Source: Sulfurospirillum sp.
GTDB taxonomy: Bacteria; Campylobacterota; Campylobacteria; Campylobacterales; Sulfurospirillaceae
DNA length: 64,000 bases
Direction of reading: 5' to 3'
Assembly (NCBI GenBank): GCA_045047115.1
Contig: JASFYR010000009.1
Location: 1 to 64,000 of the forward strand
Positions 45,986-57,434 of this stretch are shown one piece after another. A model generated the notes under the pieces. The model saw only the letters and a list, made by a program, of their open reading frames with translations, ran no database searches and was not told the DNA's origin. The position numbers and the translations under genes are program-made. Position 1 is the first letter of the stretch. The number at the start of each line of letters is the position of its first letter.

Positions 45986-47337
45986 CTGGTATTGTAATGT
46001 TCGGGGCAGGACTTGTGATGCTACTGATAGGTTTCCCTGTAGCTTTTACTTTTGGTACGGTTGCTGTTATTTTTGGACTTTCATTTGGTGTGGTTGATGC
46101 ACTTCAAAATTCTCTTCCTATATGGGAAACCTTTGTGGATACCGGCGTTGATATGTTTGGTTTTATGCCTTTTAGGATATATGCTATCATGCAAAATACC
46201 ATTTTGATGGCGGTTCCTCTTTTTATATTTATGGGTATTATACTTCAGAAATCCAAATTGGCAGAAAAGTTGCTAGAGGCAATGGGTACGCTCTTTGGTG
46301 AAGTTAGAGGTGGTGTAGCTATCAGCACGGTGCTTGTTGGTGCTCTTTTGGCAGCTTCTACCGGTGTGGTAGGGGCGAGTGTTGTTGCTATGGGTGTCAT
46401 ATCACTTCCTGTTATGCTTAAATACAACTACAGCAAGAAACTGGCAACCGGAACAATTTGTGCATCTGGAACACTTGGCCAAATCATTCCTCCATCAATT
46501 GTTTTGATTATTTTGGGTGATGTTTTTCAGGTTCCTGTCGGCGATCTTTTTAAAGCAGCTGTAGTTCCGGGATTGTCCCTGGTTGGTGCATATGTTTTGT
46601 ATATAATCATTGTTGCGTTTAGAGACAAAGATGCTGCACCTGCAATTCCCCCGACTGATTTAGATGAGACTAAGTTTCAGCAAATTATCAGAGCTTTAAA
46701 AGCTATACTTCCACCACTACTACTTATCATAGTAGTTCTGGGTTCTATTTTTGCCGGAGTTGCAACTCCTACAGAATCAGCTGCAGTCGGATCGGTCGGT
46801 GCTATGATTTTGGCGATTGCGTATAGGCAATTTTCTCTGGTGATGCTAAAAGATTCAGCACTGGAAACCGCAAAAGTTACAGCTATGGTTTTTGCGATAC
46901 TTATAGGTGCGACAGCCTTTTCCATGGTGTTTACCTACTCTGGTGGAGATACTATAGTTGAAAACTTTATGATGAGTCTGCCAGGTGAAAAGTGGGGATT
47001 TATCTTAACTTCTATGCTTGCAATTATGTTTTTAGGATTTTTTATTGATTTTGTTGAAATATCATATATTATAGTTCCTATTTTAGTACCAATAGCAGAA
47101 AATTTGGGAATCAACCCTGTATGGTATGCTATATTGATAGCGATGAACTTGCAGACTTCATTTTTGACCCCTCCTTTTGGTTTCAGTCTCTTTTATCTGC
47201 GTGGAGTTGCGCCGAACAGCGTAAGAACGATAGATATATATAAGGGCGTGATGCCTTTTATCGTGATACAAGTTTTGATTTTAGCCATTTTGGTTATAGA
47301 ACCAGGTTGGTTTGGAATATCAGCACTCCTTAAATAG
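45982..47337 (+). CDS. dctM: TRAP transporter large permease
   Basis: GTLGQIIPPS, ATPTESA, QTSFLTPPFG. Confidence 0.93.
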   Translation: MTGIVMFGAGLVMLLIGFPVAFTFGTVAVIFGLSFGVVDALQNSLPIWETFVDTGVDMFGFMPFRIYAIMQNTILMAVPLFIFMGIILQKSKLAEKLLEAMGTLFGEVRGGVAISTVLVGALLAASTGVVGASVVAMGVISLPVMLKYNYSKKLATGTICASGTLGQIIPPSIVLIILGDVFQVPVGDLFKAAVVPGLSLVGAYVLYIIIVAFRDKDAAPAIPPTDLDETKFQQIIRALKAILPPLLLIIVVLGSIFAGVATPTESAAVGSVGAMILAIAYRQFSLVMLKDSALETAKVTAMVFAILIGATAFSMVFTYSGGDTIVENFMMSLPGEKWGFILTSMLAIMFLGFFIDFVEISYIIVPILVPIAENLGINPVWYAILIAMNLQTSFLTPPFGFSLFYLRGVAPNSVRTIDIYKGVMPFIVIQVLILAILVIEPGWFGISALLK

Positions 47338-47344
47338 GCTACCT

Positions 47345-47382
47345 TAAACTTGCGCAAATATTAATTTGTGCAAGTTTATTTT
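47345..47382 (+). terminator. intrinsic terminator after dctM
   Basis: TAAACTTGCGCAAAT...ATTTGTGCAAGTTTA plus T run. Confidence 0.65.
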
Positions 47383-47425
47383 CTTTCTCGCTTTTTAGTG
47401 TTATAATTTTATTGAGGAGTTATAT

Positions 47426-50251
47426 ATGAAATTAAGTGGTGCTTATTTAAAATTTTACGAAGAAATTATCGAGGTTATTTCCAACAAGAGGGTTTTTACG
47501 GATTCTCTGCATACTTTGGTTTATGGTACAGATGCCTCTTTTTACAGGCTTATTCCAAAAATTGTTATATGGGTCAATAATTCTAATGAGGTATCAAAGA
47601 TATTAAGACTATCTTCATCACTCTCTTTACCAATCGTTTTTAGGGCTGCTGGGACTAGTCTTAGTGGTCAGGCTATTACTGATTCTATTCTTGTGGTTAC
47701 TTCAAGAGATTGGCGAGGTAAAAAGATAAGCGAAGATCACTCTTTGGTCACACTTGAGCCCTCAGTTGTTGGAGTTGATGCAAATGATTTTTTACTCCCT
47801 TATGGTAAAAAAATTGGACCCGATCCTGCCAGTATAAGTTGTGCTATGATTGGGGGAATTGCTGCAAATAATGCCAGTGGTATGTGTTGCGGTGTAGCCG
47901 ATAACTCCTATAAAACTCTACACTCTATGAAGGTGATTTTTTATGACGGAAGCGAGCTTGATACCAATGATAAAAAGAGTAGAGAAAATTTCTTAAATAC
48001 TCACGGTATGATGGTTGAGAGCATCAATCAACTACATCTAAAAATCAAAAAAAATAGAGCTTTGCATGATAAAATAGTAAGAAAATTTAAGATAAAAAAT
48101 ACTTGCGGTTACTCGCTGAATGCTTTGGTGGATTTTGAAGATCCTATAGATATAATCTCTCATCTTATGATAGGAAGTGAAGGAACTTTGGGTTTTATAA
48201 AAGATATTACCTATAGAACTGTTCCCGAATATAGTGATAAAGCAAGTGCATTGATGATTTTTAAAGATATAAAAGATGCATGTGATGCTGTGATAACCAT
48301 GAAACTTCATTGCAGACAGAGTGTGAATGCTGCTGAAATTATGGATAGAGCTGCCCTAAGATGCGTCCAGGATAAAGAGGGAATGCCTAAATTTCTAAAA
48401 ACATTAGAAGAGAGTGCTACTGCTGTACTGGTCGAAACAAGAGCTCCGAGCAAAACAGAATTGGAAAACAATATTAACATTATATTGGATAAACTAAAGG
48501 ATTTTAACCCTGTTTATCCATTGGAATTTACTGATATTCCAAGTGAATACAATCTCTATTGGGATATTAGAAAAGGTCTGTTCCCGGCTGTTGGAGCAGT
48601 AAGAAAGACAGGTACGACTGTTATCATAGAAGATGTTGCATACCCGATAGAAGATTTAGCAGAGGCAACGCTTGAATTGCAAGACATATTTAAAAAATAT
48701 GGATATGACGAAGCGATTATATTTGGTCATACACTTGAGGGAAACCTTCATTTTGTTTTTACACAAGCTTTTGATGATGAAAATGAGATAAAAAGATATG
48801 AGCAGTTTATTGCAGAAGTGGCAAACCAGGTGGCTTTAAAATACAAAGGAAGTCTAAAAGCAGAGCATGGAACAGGCAGGAATATGGCGCCTTTTGTAGA
48901 ATTGGAATGGGGAGAAGATGCTTATAATCTCATGAAAGAGATAAAGCGTATATTTGATCCAAAAGGATTGATAAACCCAGGTGTTATACTTAATGTTGAT
49001 AAAAAAATACATCTCAAAAACTTTAAAGCTATGCCAAAAACAGATGAACTGATTGATACATGCATAGAGTGCGGATATTGTGAGCCCAAATGTCCATCTA
49101 ATTTTCTCACTCTTACACCAAGACAAAGGATTGTTTCAAACAGGTACATGTCAATACTGAAAAACAGCGGTAAATTTGAAGAGCTTATAGAATTTGAAAA
49201 ATTATATCAGTATGATGGTATTGAAACTTGCGCTACATGTCAGCTTTGTTCTATCTCTTGCCCTATAGATATAGATACAGGAAATTTAACAAAAAAATTA
49301 AGAGCCAAGCAGATAGGAAAACTAGGACATAAAATCGCATGGAGCGTAGCAAATAATTATGGAACAGTTTTAAGTGTGGGTAGATTTGCATTGAGCGTTG
49401 TAAAAGGAGTGAATGCTATCATACCAAATAGTACTATGGAAAGCATAAGCAGAGGTTTGAGAACTATAACAAATAACGCTATGCCTCTTTGGAGCTCATC
49501 TTTGCCAAAAGGTGAAAAATTTAAGATAAACAGAACAATTTTTGACGCAAAGCAGAAGGTTGTCTATTTTTCATCTTGCATAAACAGGACCATGGCAAAT
49601 CCAAGAGGGAAAAAAAGTGAGCCAAGTATCAGTGAAGTAGTTGTGATTTTACTTGAGCGTGCTGGATATGAGGTGATAATTCCAAAAGATATAGATAATC
49701 TGTGTTGCGGTATGCCTTTTGGTTCAAAAGGCTATAAAGAAGAAGCCAAAAGCAAGTCTGATGAGCTTGAAACTTCATTAAGAGATGCAAGCCAAAATGG
49801 CAAATATCCAATTCTTTGTGATATGAGCCCTTGCAGTAAAACTATAGAGCAAAATTTTCCTGCTAATCTGAAAGTTTACGATACAGTAGATTTTATAGCA
49901 GAATTTTTAGCAAAAAAACTAAAATTTAAACAGGTTGATGATCCGATTGTTATACACACAACCTGCAGTACAAGAAAGAGCGGATTGACAGGTAAGTTTG
50001 AAAAAGTGGCTCGTATGTGCAGTTCAAATGTAACGATACCAAAAAGTGTTAGTTGTTGCGGTTTTGCAGGTGATAGAGGTTTTACGTTTCCAAAGCTTAA
50101 TGCTTCGGCTCTAAGGCATCTAAAAGAAGAGATTCCAAAAGATGTAAAATATGCCTTTTCAACAAGTAAAACTTGTGAAATAGGCTTAAGTGAACATAGT
50201 GACTTGGACTATAAATCTATTTTTTATTTAGTGGAACGCTGTACGAGATAA
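47426..50251 (+). CDS. dld: FAD- and FeS-dependent D-lactate dehydrogenase (Dld-II type)
   Basis: YGTDASFYRL.PK, FRAAGTSLSGQ, GPDPAS, KAEHGTGRNMAPF, ferredoxin and CCG domains. Confidence 0.85.
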   Translation: MKLSGAYLKFYEEIIEVISNKRVFTDSLHTLVYGTDASFYRLIPKIVIWVNNSNEVSKILRLSSSLSLPIVFRAAGTSLSGQAITDSILVVTSRDWRGKKISEDHSLVTLEPSVVGVDANDFLLPYGKKIGPDPASISCAMIGGIAANNASGMCCGVADNSYKTLHSMKVIFYDGSELDTNDKKSRENFLNTHGMMVESINQLHLKIKKNRALHDKIVRKFKIKNTCGYSLNALVDFEDPIDIISHLMIGSEGTLGFIKDITYRTVPEYSDKASALMIFKDIKDACDAVITMKLHCRQSVNAAEIMDRAALRCVQDKEGMPKFLKTLEESATAVLVETRAPSKTELENNINIILDKLKDFNPVYPLEFTDIPSEYNLYWDIRKGLFPAVGAVRKTGTTVIIEDVAYPIEDLAEATLELQDIFKKYGYDEAIIFGHTLEGNLHFVFTQAFDDENEIKRYEQFIAEVANQVALKYKGSLKAEHGTGRNMAPFVELEWGEDAYNLMKEIKRIFDPKGLINPGVILNVDKKIHLKNFKAMPKTDELIDTCIECGYCEPKCPSNFLTLTPRQRIVSNRYMSILKNSGKFEELIEFEKLYQYDGIETCATCQLCSISCPIDIDTGNLTKKLRAKQIGKLGHKIAWSVANNYGTVLSVGRFALSVVKGVNAIIPNSTMESISRGLRTITNNAMPLWSSSLPKGEKFKINRTIFDAKQKVVYFSSCINRTMANPRGKKSEPSISEVVVILLERAGYEVIIPKDIDNLCCGMPFGSKGYKEEAKSKSDELETSLRDASQNGKYPILCDMSPCSKTIEQNFPANLKVYDTVDFIAEFLAKKLKFKQVDDPIVIHTTCSTRKSGLTGKFEKVARMCSSNVTIPKSVSCCGFAGDRGFTFPKLNASALRHLKEEIPKDVKYAFSTSKTCEIGLSEHSDLDYKSIFYLVERCTR

Positions 50252-50317
50252 TTTTATTAAATTATAGTTACTTTATTGGTTTTATTTAATAAAAGAAATG
50301 ATAAAATACCTCAAACT

Positions 50318-50363
50318 AAGTACCTAACCAAGAGTAACAAAGTTACTCTTGGTTAGGTACTTT
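50318..50363. repeat. perfect 21-bp inverted repeat in the oadG leader
   Basis: AAGTACCTAACCAAGAGTAAC-AAAA-GTTACTCTTGGTTAGGTACTT. Confidence 0.9.
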
Positions 50364-50390
50364 ACTCTGAGTATATAGGGAGGAGACAAC

Positions 50391-50645
50391 ATGGACAATG
50401 TGAATCTTGTTGTAGAGGGTTTGAAGTTTATGGTTTTAGGTATGACTACCGTTTACCTATTTCTGTTATTAATGGTATTTGTGCTCAATATAATATCTAA
50501 AATAGTTAAAAAATACTTTCCGCCAAAAAAATTAACCCCTGCTTATACGAAAAGAGAAGTTCGAACAACGCAAAAAGTTAGCGAAGATGATGCTGTAGTG
50601 GCTGCGATTGTAGCCTCAATTCAACAATTCAAAAAACAAAATTAA
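50391..50645 (+). CDS. oadG: Na+-translocating decarboxylase gamma subunit
   Basis: GLKFMVLGM..V.LFL; VVAAIVA. Confidence 0.88.
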   Translation: MDNVNLVVEGLKFMVLGMTTVYLFLLLMVFVLNIISKIVKKYFPPKKLTPAYTKREVRTTQKVSEDDAVVAAIVASIQQFKKQN

Positions 50646-50663
50646 CCCAAATAGGAATGCAAG

Positions 50664-52457
50664 ATGGCAAAAAAATACATTGACATAATGGATACAACCT
50701 TTAGAGATGGTTTTCAGTCGGTTTTTGGTGGACGAGCTCTCATGGATGACTTTATGCCGGCGGTTGCAGTTGCTAGAGAAGCGGGAATTACCCATTTTGA
50801 GTTTGGAGGGGGAGCCAGGTTTCAAGCACTCTTTTTCTATCTAAATGAAAATGCTTTTGATATGATGGATAAATTCCGTGAGGTTGCAGGACCTGAAGCA
50901 AACTTACAAACTCTCGCACGTGGCGTAAATACAGTTATGCTCGATACAGGCAGCAGAGAGCTGATAGATCTGCATGCAAAGATGTTCAAGAAACACGGAA
51001 CTACAACAATTAGAAACTTTGATGCTCTGAATGATGTGGAAAATTTAAAATATAGTGGAGAGAGGATCTCTCATCACGGATTAAAACATGAAGCAGTTGT
51101 TACTATGATGGATCTGCCACCGGGATGCAGTGGTGCTCATGATGTTGCTTTTTATGAAAAAACTCTAAGAGATATACTTGATGCCGGAATTCCATACGAT
51201 AGTATTTGTTTTAAAGATGCAAGTGGAACTTCCAGTCCGCAAAAAGTTTATGAAACTATAAAAATGGCTAAAAAACTTCTTCCGGAGGGTGTGCATGTAA
51301 GGCTTCATACTCACGAGACAGCAGGAGTGAGCGTCGCCTGTTATCTGGCTGCGTTAGAAGCAGGGATAGATGGAATTGATTTAGCTGCAAGTCCTGTAAG
51401 CGGAGGAACTGCTCAGCCGGATATCTTGACGCTTCTGCATGCTACGAAAGGTAAAGATTATGATTTGGGTGGCTTGGAGTTAGAAAAAATCTTAACTTAT
51501 GAAGAAGTTTTGAAAGATTGTTTGAGTGATTATTTTATGCCTCCGGAAGCCACACAGGTTTCGCCATTGATTCCTTTCTCTCCTATGCCAGGAGGTGCAC
51601 TTACAGCAAATACTCAAATGATGAGAGATAACAACATACTAGGAAAGTTTCCTGAAGTTATAAAAGCAATGAGGGAAGTTGTGGAAAAAGGCGGATATGG
51701 AACAAGTGTGACTCCTGTATCTCAATTCTATTTTCAGCAGGCATTCAATAATGTAATGTTTGGACCTTGGAAAAAAATAGCTGAAGGTTATGGAAAGATG
51801 GTGTTGGGCTATTTTGGTCACACGCCTTCAACTCCAGATAGTGAAGTTGTAGCTTTGGCATCCCAGCAGTTAAAACTTGAGCCGACAAGCGAAAATGCAG
51901 TAGATATCGCAGATAAAGATGAAACAAAATCTTTGGCACATGTAAAAGCTATTTTGGAAAAAGAGGGTATAGAGATAAATGATGAAAATGTATTTATAGC
52001 AGCTTCCTGCAAAGAGAAAGGCATAGCTTTCTTAAAAGGGGAAGCAAAAGTAAATGTAAGAAAAATAGATAAAAATGAAACAAAAAAAGAGGGGAATAAA
52101 AAAGTGGCAACAACAGGTAGTGGAGAATACACAGTAGTAGTCAATGGCCAAAAATATAATGTTCAAGTAAGCGAAGGACTTGATGCAAGTGTTGAGGTAA
52201 AATCCATCGCGTCTGCACCTCAATCCGGAGCACCTCAGAGTTCAAGTGGTTTTGAGGTCAAAGCTACACTCCCGGGTGTAGTTTTTAAAGTAGTGAGCAG
52301 TACTGGACAAAGTGTCAAAAAAGGGGATGTTCTGCTTGTTTTGGAGGCTATGAAGATGGAGATAGAGATAGTTTCTCCAAGGGATGGCGTGGTGAGTTCT
52401 ATCTTGGTTAAACAAGGTGACAATGTAGAAGATGGCCAAGCATTAGTTATATTGTAG
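50664..52457 (+). CDS. oadA: oxaloacetate decarboxylase alpha / pyruvate carboxylase B subunit
   Basis: DTTFRDGFQS, HTH, MPGG, VTPVSQ, biotinyl EAMKME. Confidence 0.88.
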   Translation: MAKKYIDIMDTTFRDGFQSVFGGRALMDDFMPAVAVAREAGITHFEFGGGARFQALFFYLNENAFDMMDKFREVAGPEANLQTLARGVNTVMLDTGSRELIDLHAKMFKKHGTTTIRNFDALNDVENLKYSGERISHHGLKHEAVVTMMDLPPGCSGAHDVAFYEKTLRDILDAGIPYDSICFKDASGTSSPQKVYETIKMAKKLLPEGVHVRLHTHETAGVSVACYLAALEAGIDGIDLAASPVSGGTAQPDILTLLHATKGKDYDLGGLELEKILTYEEVLKDCLSDYFMPPEATQVSPLIPFSPMPGGALTANTQMMRDNNILGKFPEVIKAMREVVEKGGYGTSVTPVSQFYFQQAFNNVMFGPWKKIAEGYGKMVLGYFGHTPSTPDSEVVALASQQLKLEPTSENAVDIADKDETKSLAHVKAILEKEGIEINDENVFIAASCKEKGIAFLKGEAKVNVRKIDKNETKKEGNKKVATTGSGEYTVVVNGQKYNVQVSEGLDASVEVKSIASAPQSGAPQSSSGFEVKATLPGVVFKVVSSTGQSVKKGDVLLVLEAMKMEIEIVSPRDGVVSSILVKQGDNVEDGQALVIL

Positions 52458-52465
52458 GAATTAAA

Positions 52466-52543
52466 ATGAAATTACAGAGCAAAGCTCGTGCTTCAGTCGC
52501 GAGGAATTTAAGAGGGGTTTTACTCCTCTTAAGGGGGCAGTAG
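52466..52543 (+). other. structured intergenic insert carrying a 25-codon mini-ORF
   Basis: [32 protein letters not shown] at both ends; internal hairpin. Confidence 0.45.
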
Positions 52544-52544
52544 A

Positions 52545-53876
52545 ATGAAAAATCTAATTTTTGTGTTTCTGACATTTTTTGCTATCAGCTTTTTGGCAAA
52601 TCCACTTTATGCAAGTAGCAGTGAAAATGCTGTCCAAACTCACAAAGTTGTTCAGCAAAAAGAGCATGTGGCAAAGAGTATATCAGCTATGTTTAGCAAC
52701 TTTTATAAAACTACCGGAATTTATGCTTTTTTAAATCCAAGAGATGGAGCTACAAATGCCTTGGGTGAGCCACTGAGTAAATTTGCTCAAAGTTGGGGCA
52801 GAGTGATTATGATTTTGATAACATTTTTACTCTTTTATTTAGCTATTGCCAAAAACTTTGAACCTTTATTGTTACTTCCTATTGCTTTTGGTGGTTTATT
52901 GGCAAATATACCGCTTGCAGATATCATCGGGCACCATGGTTTTATAGGTACTCTTTTTGACGCAGGTATTAAGAATGAACTTTTTCCATTGATTATTTTT
53001 ATGGGTGTTGGGGCCATGACTGACTTTGGTCCGCTCATTGCCAATCCTAAAACAGCACTTCTTGGAGCTGCCGCCCAATTTGGAATCTTTGGTTCGCTCG
53101 TTGGTGCAGTTGCGCTTTCCCAATACACTTCACTTTTTGATTTTACACTAAAGCAGGCTTCTGCTATTTCAATAATTGGTGGAGCAGATGGTCCGACATC
53201 TATATTTGTCGCTTCAAAACTTTCACCCGATCTTATGGGTGCTATTGCAGTCGCAGCTTACTCTTACATGGCTCTAGTGCCGATAATTCAACCTCCGATA
53301 ATGAGACTTTTTACTACCGAGGAGGAGAGAAAGATTAAAATGGTACAGTTGAGAGATGTTGGAAAGATTGAAAAACTTATGTTTCCACTTACTGTCTTGA
53401 TGCTCTCTATATTGATTTTGCCTGAATCTACTCCTCTTATCGGAGCACTTACTTTTGGTAACTTTGCAAGAGTTTCAGGTGTTGTTGACAGGCTTTCAGG
53501 CACAATGCAAAATGCACTTATAAACATAGTTACTATATTTTTGGGATTGGGAGTTGGCTCAAAATTGGCTGCAGAAAAGTTCTTGGTCGCAGATACTTTA
53601 GGGATTTTGGCTCTTGGACTTGTTGCGTTTGCGATAGGAACGGCAGCGGGAGTTTTGATGGCAAAAGTTATGAATAAATTTTCAAAAGATCCGATAAATC
53701 CACTGATAGGCTCAGCTGGAGTAAGTGCAGTTCCTATGGCAGCCCGTGTTTCAAATAAGGTTGGAATGGAAGAAGATCCTGCAAATATGTTGCTCATGCA
53801 TGCTATGGGTCCAAATGTTGCCGGTGTTATAGGCTCAGCCGTAGCAGCAGGCGTACTGTTATCAATATTTAAATAA
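52545..53876 (+). CDS. oadB: Na+-translocating decarboxylase beta subunit
   Basis: [52 protein letters not shown]. Confidence 0.95.
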   Translation: MKNLIFVFLTFFAISFLANPLYASSSENAVQTHKVVQQKEHVAKSISAMFSNFYKTTGIYAFLNPRDGATNALGEPLSKFAQSWGRVIMILITFLLFYLAIAKNFEPLLLLPIAFGGLLANIPLADIIGHHGFIGTLFDAGIKNELFPLIIFMGVGAMTDFGPLIANPKTALLGAAAQFGIFGSLVGAVALSQYTSLFDFTLKQASAISIIGGADGPTSIFVASKLSPDLMGAIAVAAYSYMALVPIIQPPIMRLFTTEEERKIKMVQLRDVGKIEKLMFPLTVLMLSILILPESTPLIGALTFGNFARVSGVVDRLSGTMQNALINIVTIFLGLGVGSKLAAEKFLVADTLGILALGLVAFAIGTAAGVLMAKVMNKFSKDPINPLIGSAGVSAVPMAARVSNKVGMEEDPANMLLMHAMGPNVAGVIGSAVAAGVLLSIFK

Positions 53877-53886
53877 GAAGGAAATT

Positions 53887-55464
53887 ATGTTGAAGGTTAA
53901 TGGAATAGAAGATTTAGGTTTAAAAAATTTAGGCAAGATTTATCACAATTTGAGCTACGAAGAGCTTTTTGAGCATGAAGTTGCAAACAAAGAGGGAAGA
54001 GTTTCAAGTAGTGGTGCATTTATGGTGGATACGGGGGTATTTACAGGAAGAAGTCCCAAAGACAAATATTTTGTAAAACAAGATCCTTCACAAAAGTACA
54101 TCTCTTGGGGAACAATAAATCAACCAACAACAAAAGAAGTGTTTGATGAGCTTTTGGTAGTTGCAAAAGAGCAACTTTCAAACAAAGATTTATATGTTCA
54201 AGATGCTTATGCCGGAGCTAGTTTGGATAGCAGAAAAAGCATAAGAGTTGTATCTGAAGTTGCTTGGCAGGCACATTTTGTCAAAAATATGTTCATCCGT
54301 CCAGATGAAAAAGATTTGGAAAATTTTAAACCGGATTTTACACTTTATGTGGCTTGTAAGACTGTAGACAAGGATTATAAAAAACACGGTCTTAACTCTG
54401 ATGTTTTTGTTATCTTTAATGTAGAAGAAAATATAGCGATAATCGGTGGCACATGGTATGGTGGAGAGATAAAAAAAGGTGTTTTCTCTATGATGAACTA
54501 TTGGCTACCGTTAGAGGGTAAACTATCTATGCACTGCTCGGCAAATGTTGGTGTAGATGGAGACAGTGCCCTGTTTTTTGGTCTTAGCGGTACAGGAAAA
54601 ACAACACTCTCTACCGATCCAAAGAGACAACTCATAGGTGATGATGAACATGGCTGGGATGATAACGGTATCTTTAACTTTGAGGGTGGATGTTATGCAA
54701 AGTGCATAAATCTAAAAGAGAAGAGTGAACCTGAGATATTCCATGCTATAAAAAGAGATGCACTTTTAGAGAATGTTGTGGCAGATGAAAATGGCGTTGT
54801 GGATTATGATAATGGCAGCAAGACAGAAAATACAAGAGTCTCTTATCCAATATATTTTATAGAGAATTTTAAGGAAGATTCAAAAGCAGGTCATCCTGGA
54901 AAAATTATATTTTTAAGCGCAGATGCTTTTGGTGTACTTCCTCCTGTTTCAAGACTAACCAAAGAGCAGGCTATGTACTATTTTATGAGTGGATATACTG
55001 CAAAAGTGGCAGGCACAGAGAGAGGAATCACAGAACCGGTTGCTACCTTTAGTTCTTGTTTTGGTGAAGCATTTTTACCACTTCATCCAACAGTATATGC
55101 CAAGCTTTTGGGTGACAAGATAGACAAACACGGAGTTGAAGTCTATCTTGTAAATACCGGCTGGAGTGGCGGTGCTTATGGTGTTGGTAGCAGAATGAGT
55201 ATCAAAGCTACAAGGGCATGTATAAACGCTATACTCGACGGCAGTATCAATAATAGTGAGTTTGAGAAACTGCCTATTTTTGATTTAAGTGTGCCAAAAA
55301 CGCTTGACGGTGTTGAGGCAAATATTTTATATCCAAGAAACAGTTGGGCAGACAAAGAAGAGTATGATAAAACAAGTCAAAAACTTGCAAATATGTTTAT
55401 AAAAAACTTCAAAAAATATATCACAGAAGATTCTGACTTTTCAGAGTTTGGACCAAGACTTTAA
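53887..55464 (+). CDS. pckA: phosphoenolpyruvate carboxykinase (ATP)
   Basis: [37 protein letters not shown]. Confidence 0.97.
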   Translation: MLKVNGIEDLGLKNLGKIYHNLSYEELFEHEVANKEGRVSSSGAFMVDTGVFTGRSPKDKYFVKQDPSQKYISWGTINQPTTKEVFDELLVVAKEQLSNKDLYVQDAYAGASLDSRKSIRVVSEVAWQAHFVKNMFIRPDEKDLENFKPDFTLYVACKTVDKDYKKHGLNSDVFVIFNVEENIAIIGGTWYGGEIKKGVFSMMNYWLPLEGKLSMHCSANVGVDGDSALFFGLSGTGKTTLSTDPKRQLIGDDEHGWDDNGIFNFEGGCYAKCINLKEKSEPEIFHAIKRDALLENVVADENGVVDYDNGSKTENTRVSYPIYFIENFKEDSKAGHPGKIIFLSADAFGVLPPVSRLTKEQAMYYFMSGYTAKVAGTERGITEPVATFSSCFGEAFLPLHPTVYAKLLGDKIDKHGVEVYLVNTGWSGGAYGVGSRMSIKATRACINAILDGSINNSEFEKLPIFDLSVPKTLDGVEANILYPRNSWADKEEYDKTSQKLANMFIKNFKKYITEDSDFSEFGPRL

Positions 55465-55482
55465 AACTTAAAAAATACTATT

Positions 55483-55505
55483 ATAAGGAGAGAGGCTCTC
55501 CTTAT
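55483..55505 (+). terminator. hairpin after pckA
   Basis: ATAAGGAGAG-AGG-CTCTCCTTAT. Confidence 0.5.
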
Positions 55506-55528
55506 GCCTTTACATGCAAGGAGTTAAA

Positions 55529-56914
55529 ATGCATAAAGTTGCCTCAGGTAAAATAAAAAAATCAAGCGCGAAGATATTGGATGAGTTTAATGCCTCTATA
55601 ATGTTTGACAAAGAGTTATACCTGGAAGATATAGAGGGATCTATTGCTCATGTAAAGATGCTTTCGAAGCAAGGAATTATAGATAAAATTGCCAAAGAAA
55701 ATATCATAAACGGTTTGAAAACTATAAAAAAAGAGATACAAGAGGGTGATTATTTTTTTGATATAAAAGATGAAGATATACACATGTCTATAGAGAACAG
55801 ATTAACTGCTCTTATCGGTGTTGATGCAAAAAAGATGCATACGGCCAGGAGCAGAAATGATCAGGTTGCTTTGGATTTTAGACTCTTTGTGTTGAAAAAA
55901 AACAAGCAGATTGTAAATCTATTGATTGGGTTGGAAAAGGTATTGTTGGAGATAGAGAAAAAACATACAGATACACTTTTGCCCGGTATGACACATCTGC
56001 AACATGCCCAGCCTATAAATTTTGCTTATCATCTACTTGCTTACAGTTCTATGTTTAAAAGAGATATATCAAGATTTGAGGACTCTTATGTCAGAGCAAA
56101 TGTTTCTCCTATTGGATGCGCAGCACTTGCAGGAACTCCATACAGAACTGATAGAGAGTATGAAGCTGAACTTTTGGGGTTTGACAGTGTGAGTGTGAAT
56201 TGCCTGGATACAGTAAGCGATAGAGATTTTGCGCTTGAAATTTTATTTAATATTTCTACGGTGATGATGCATATATCCAGGCTATCTGAAGAGGTTATTC
56301 TTTGGAGTAGCAGTGAGTTTGGATTTGTTGAGCTTAGTGATGAGTATAGCACAAGCAGCTCCATAATGCCTCAAAAGAAAAATCCTGATGTCCCAGAACT
56401 CCTAAGAGGAAAAACAGGCAGGGTATATGGAAATCTTATCTCTTTGCTAACAGTCATGAAGGGTTTGCCGCTTGCTTACAATAAAGATACACAAGAAGAT
56501 AAAGAGGGTGTTTTTGACAGTATTAAAACAGCTCTTATCTCTATAGAAATTCTCACAAAAGCACTAAAGAGTATGAGTGTCAATAAAGAAGCTATGGCAA
56601 AAGCCACCAAAAAAGGACATTTGAGTGCTACTGATTTAGCTGATTATCTGACAAGTGAGTGTGGATATGCTTTTAGGGACGCTTATAAATTAACAGGCAA
56701 TATAGTCGGTTATGCTGATGATATTGGCAAAGATATGAGCGAGCTAGAGTTGCCTGAGCTGCAAAAATTTGAACCAAATATCAAAGAAGACATTATTGAG
56801 ATACTTAAACTCTATAACTCTATGAATGCTAGAAATTCACAAGGTGGAACTTCGATCAAAAGCACAAGAGAGCAGATAGAGTATTTTGAAAAATGGTTAG
56901 ACAAGAGAGATTAA
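55529..56914 (+). CDS. argH: argininosuccinate lyase
   Basis: [28 protein letters not shown]; start set to ATG 55529 after AGGAG. Confidence 0.96.
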   Translation: MHKVASGKIKKSSAKILDEFNASIMFDKELYLEDIEGSIAHVKMLSKQGIIDKIAKENIINGLKTIKKEIQEGDYFFDIKDEDIHMSIENRLTALIGVDAKKMHTARSRNDQVALDFRLFVLKKNKQIVNLLIGLEKVLLEIEKKHTDTLLPGMTHLQHAQPINFAYHLLAYSSMFKRDISRFEDSYVRANVSPIGCAALAGTPYRTDREYEAELLGFDSVSVNCLDTVSDRDFALEILFNISTVMMHISRLSEEVILWSSSEFGFVELSDEYSTSSSIMPQKKNPDVPELLRGKTGRVYGNLISLLTVMKGLPLAYNKDTQEDKEGVFDSIKTALISIEILTKALKSMSVNKEAMAKATKKGHLSATDLADYLTSECGYAFRDAYKLTGNIVGYADDIGKDMSELELPELQKFEPNIKEDIIEILKLYNSMNARNSQGGTSIKSTREQIEYFEKWLDKRD

Positions 56915-56926
56915 TCTCTCTTGTCT
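56899..56926. terminator. perfect 28-bp palindrome between convergent argH and the HIT gene
   Basis: AGACAAGAGAGATT|AATCTCTCTTGTCT. Confidence 0.65.
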
Positions 56927-56927
56927 T

Positions 56928-57284
56928 CTACAAAAAGTTCTTAGTATCGCTATCGGCCATATGTCCCCAGGATAATTTTGCTCCTCCAAGCAGATGAAAG
57001 TGTAGGTGCATAACCTCTTGTCCGCCATTATGGCCGTTGTTGGTTATGAGCCTGTATCCATTTTTGTCAAGTCCGAGTAGAGTGGCAACTTCTTGTATAA
57101 AAGATGTCATGCCAGCCATAATCTCAGGCGTTACTTGCTGGAAATTTTCTATTTCCGCTTTAGGAACGATAAGTATGTGAATTGGTGCTTTTGGATTGAT
57201 GTCATGAAAAGCCAAAAAATCATCACTCTCTAACACTTTATTACAAGGAATTTCACCTTTTATTATTTTACTAAATATAGTCAT
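56928..57284 (-). CDS. hinT: histidine triad nucleotide-binding protein
   Basis: FHDINPKAPIH, GQEVMHLHFH. Confidence 0.93.
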   Translation of the reverse strand: MTIFSKIIKGEIPCNKVLESDDFLAFHDINPKAPIHILIVPKAEIENFQQVTPEIMAGMTSFIQEVATLLGLDKNGYRLITNNGHNGGQEVMHLHFHLLGGAKLSWGHMADSDTKNFL

Positions 57285-57434
57285 CTGTTATATCCTTTAT
57301 CTTCGGTTTATAACTAGTATTATACTGTTTTTTGTTTAAAATTTACTACGATTTCTTTCCGGTATTGATCTTGCTTAACTCTTTTTAATCAATATTTTTA
57401 TATAATAAAAGAAAATTATTTAAGGCAGTAAAAA

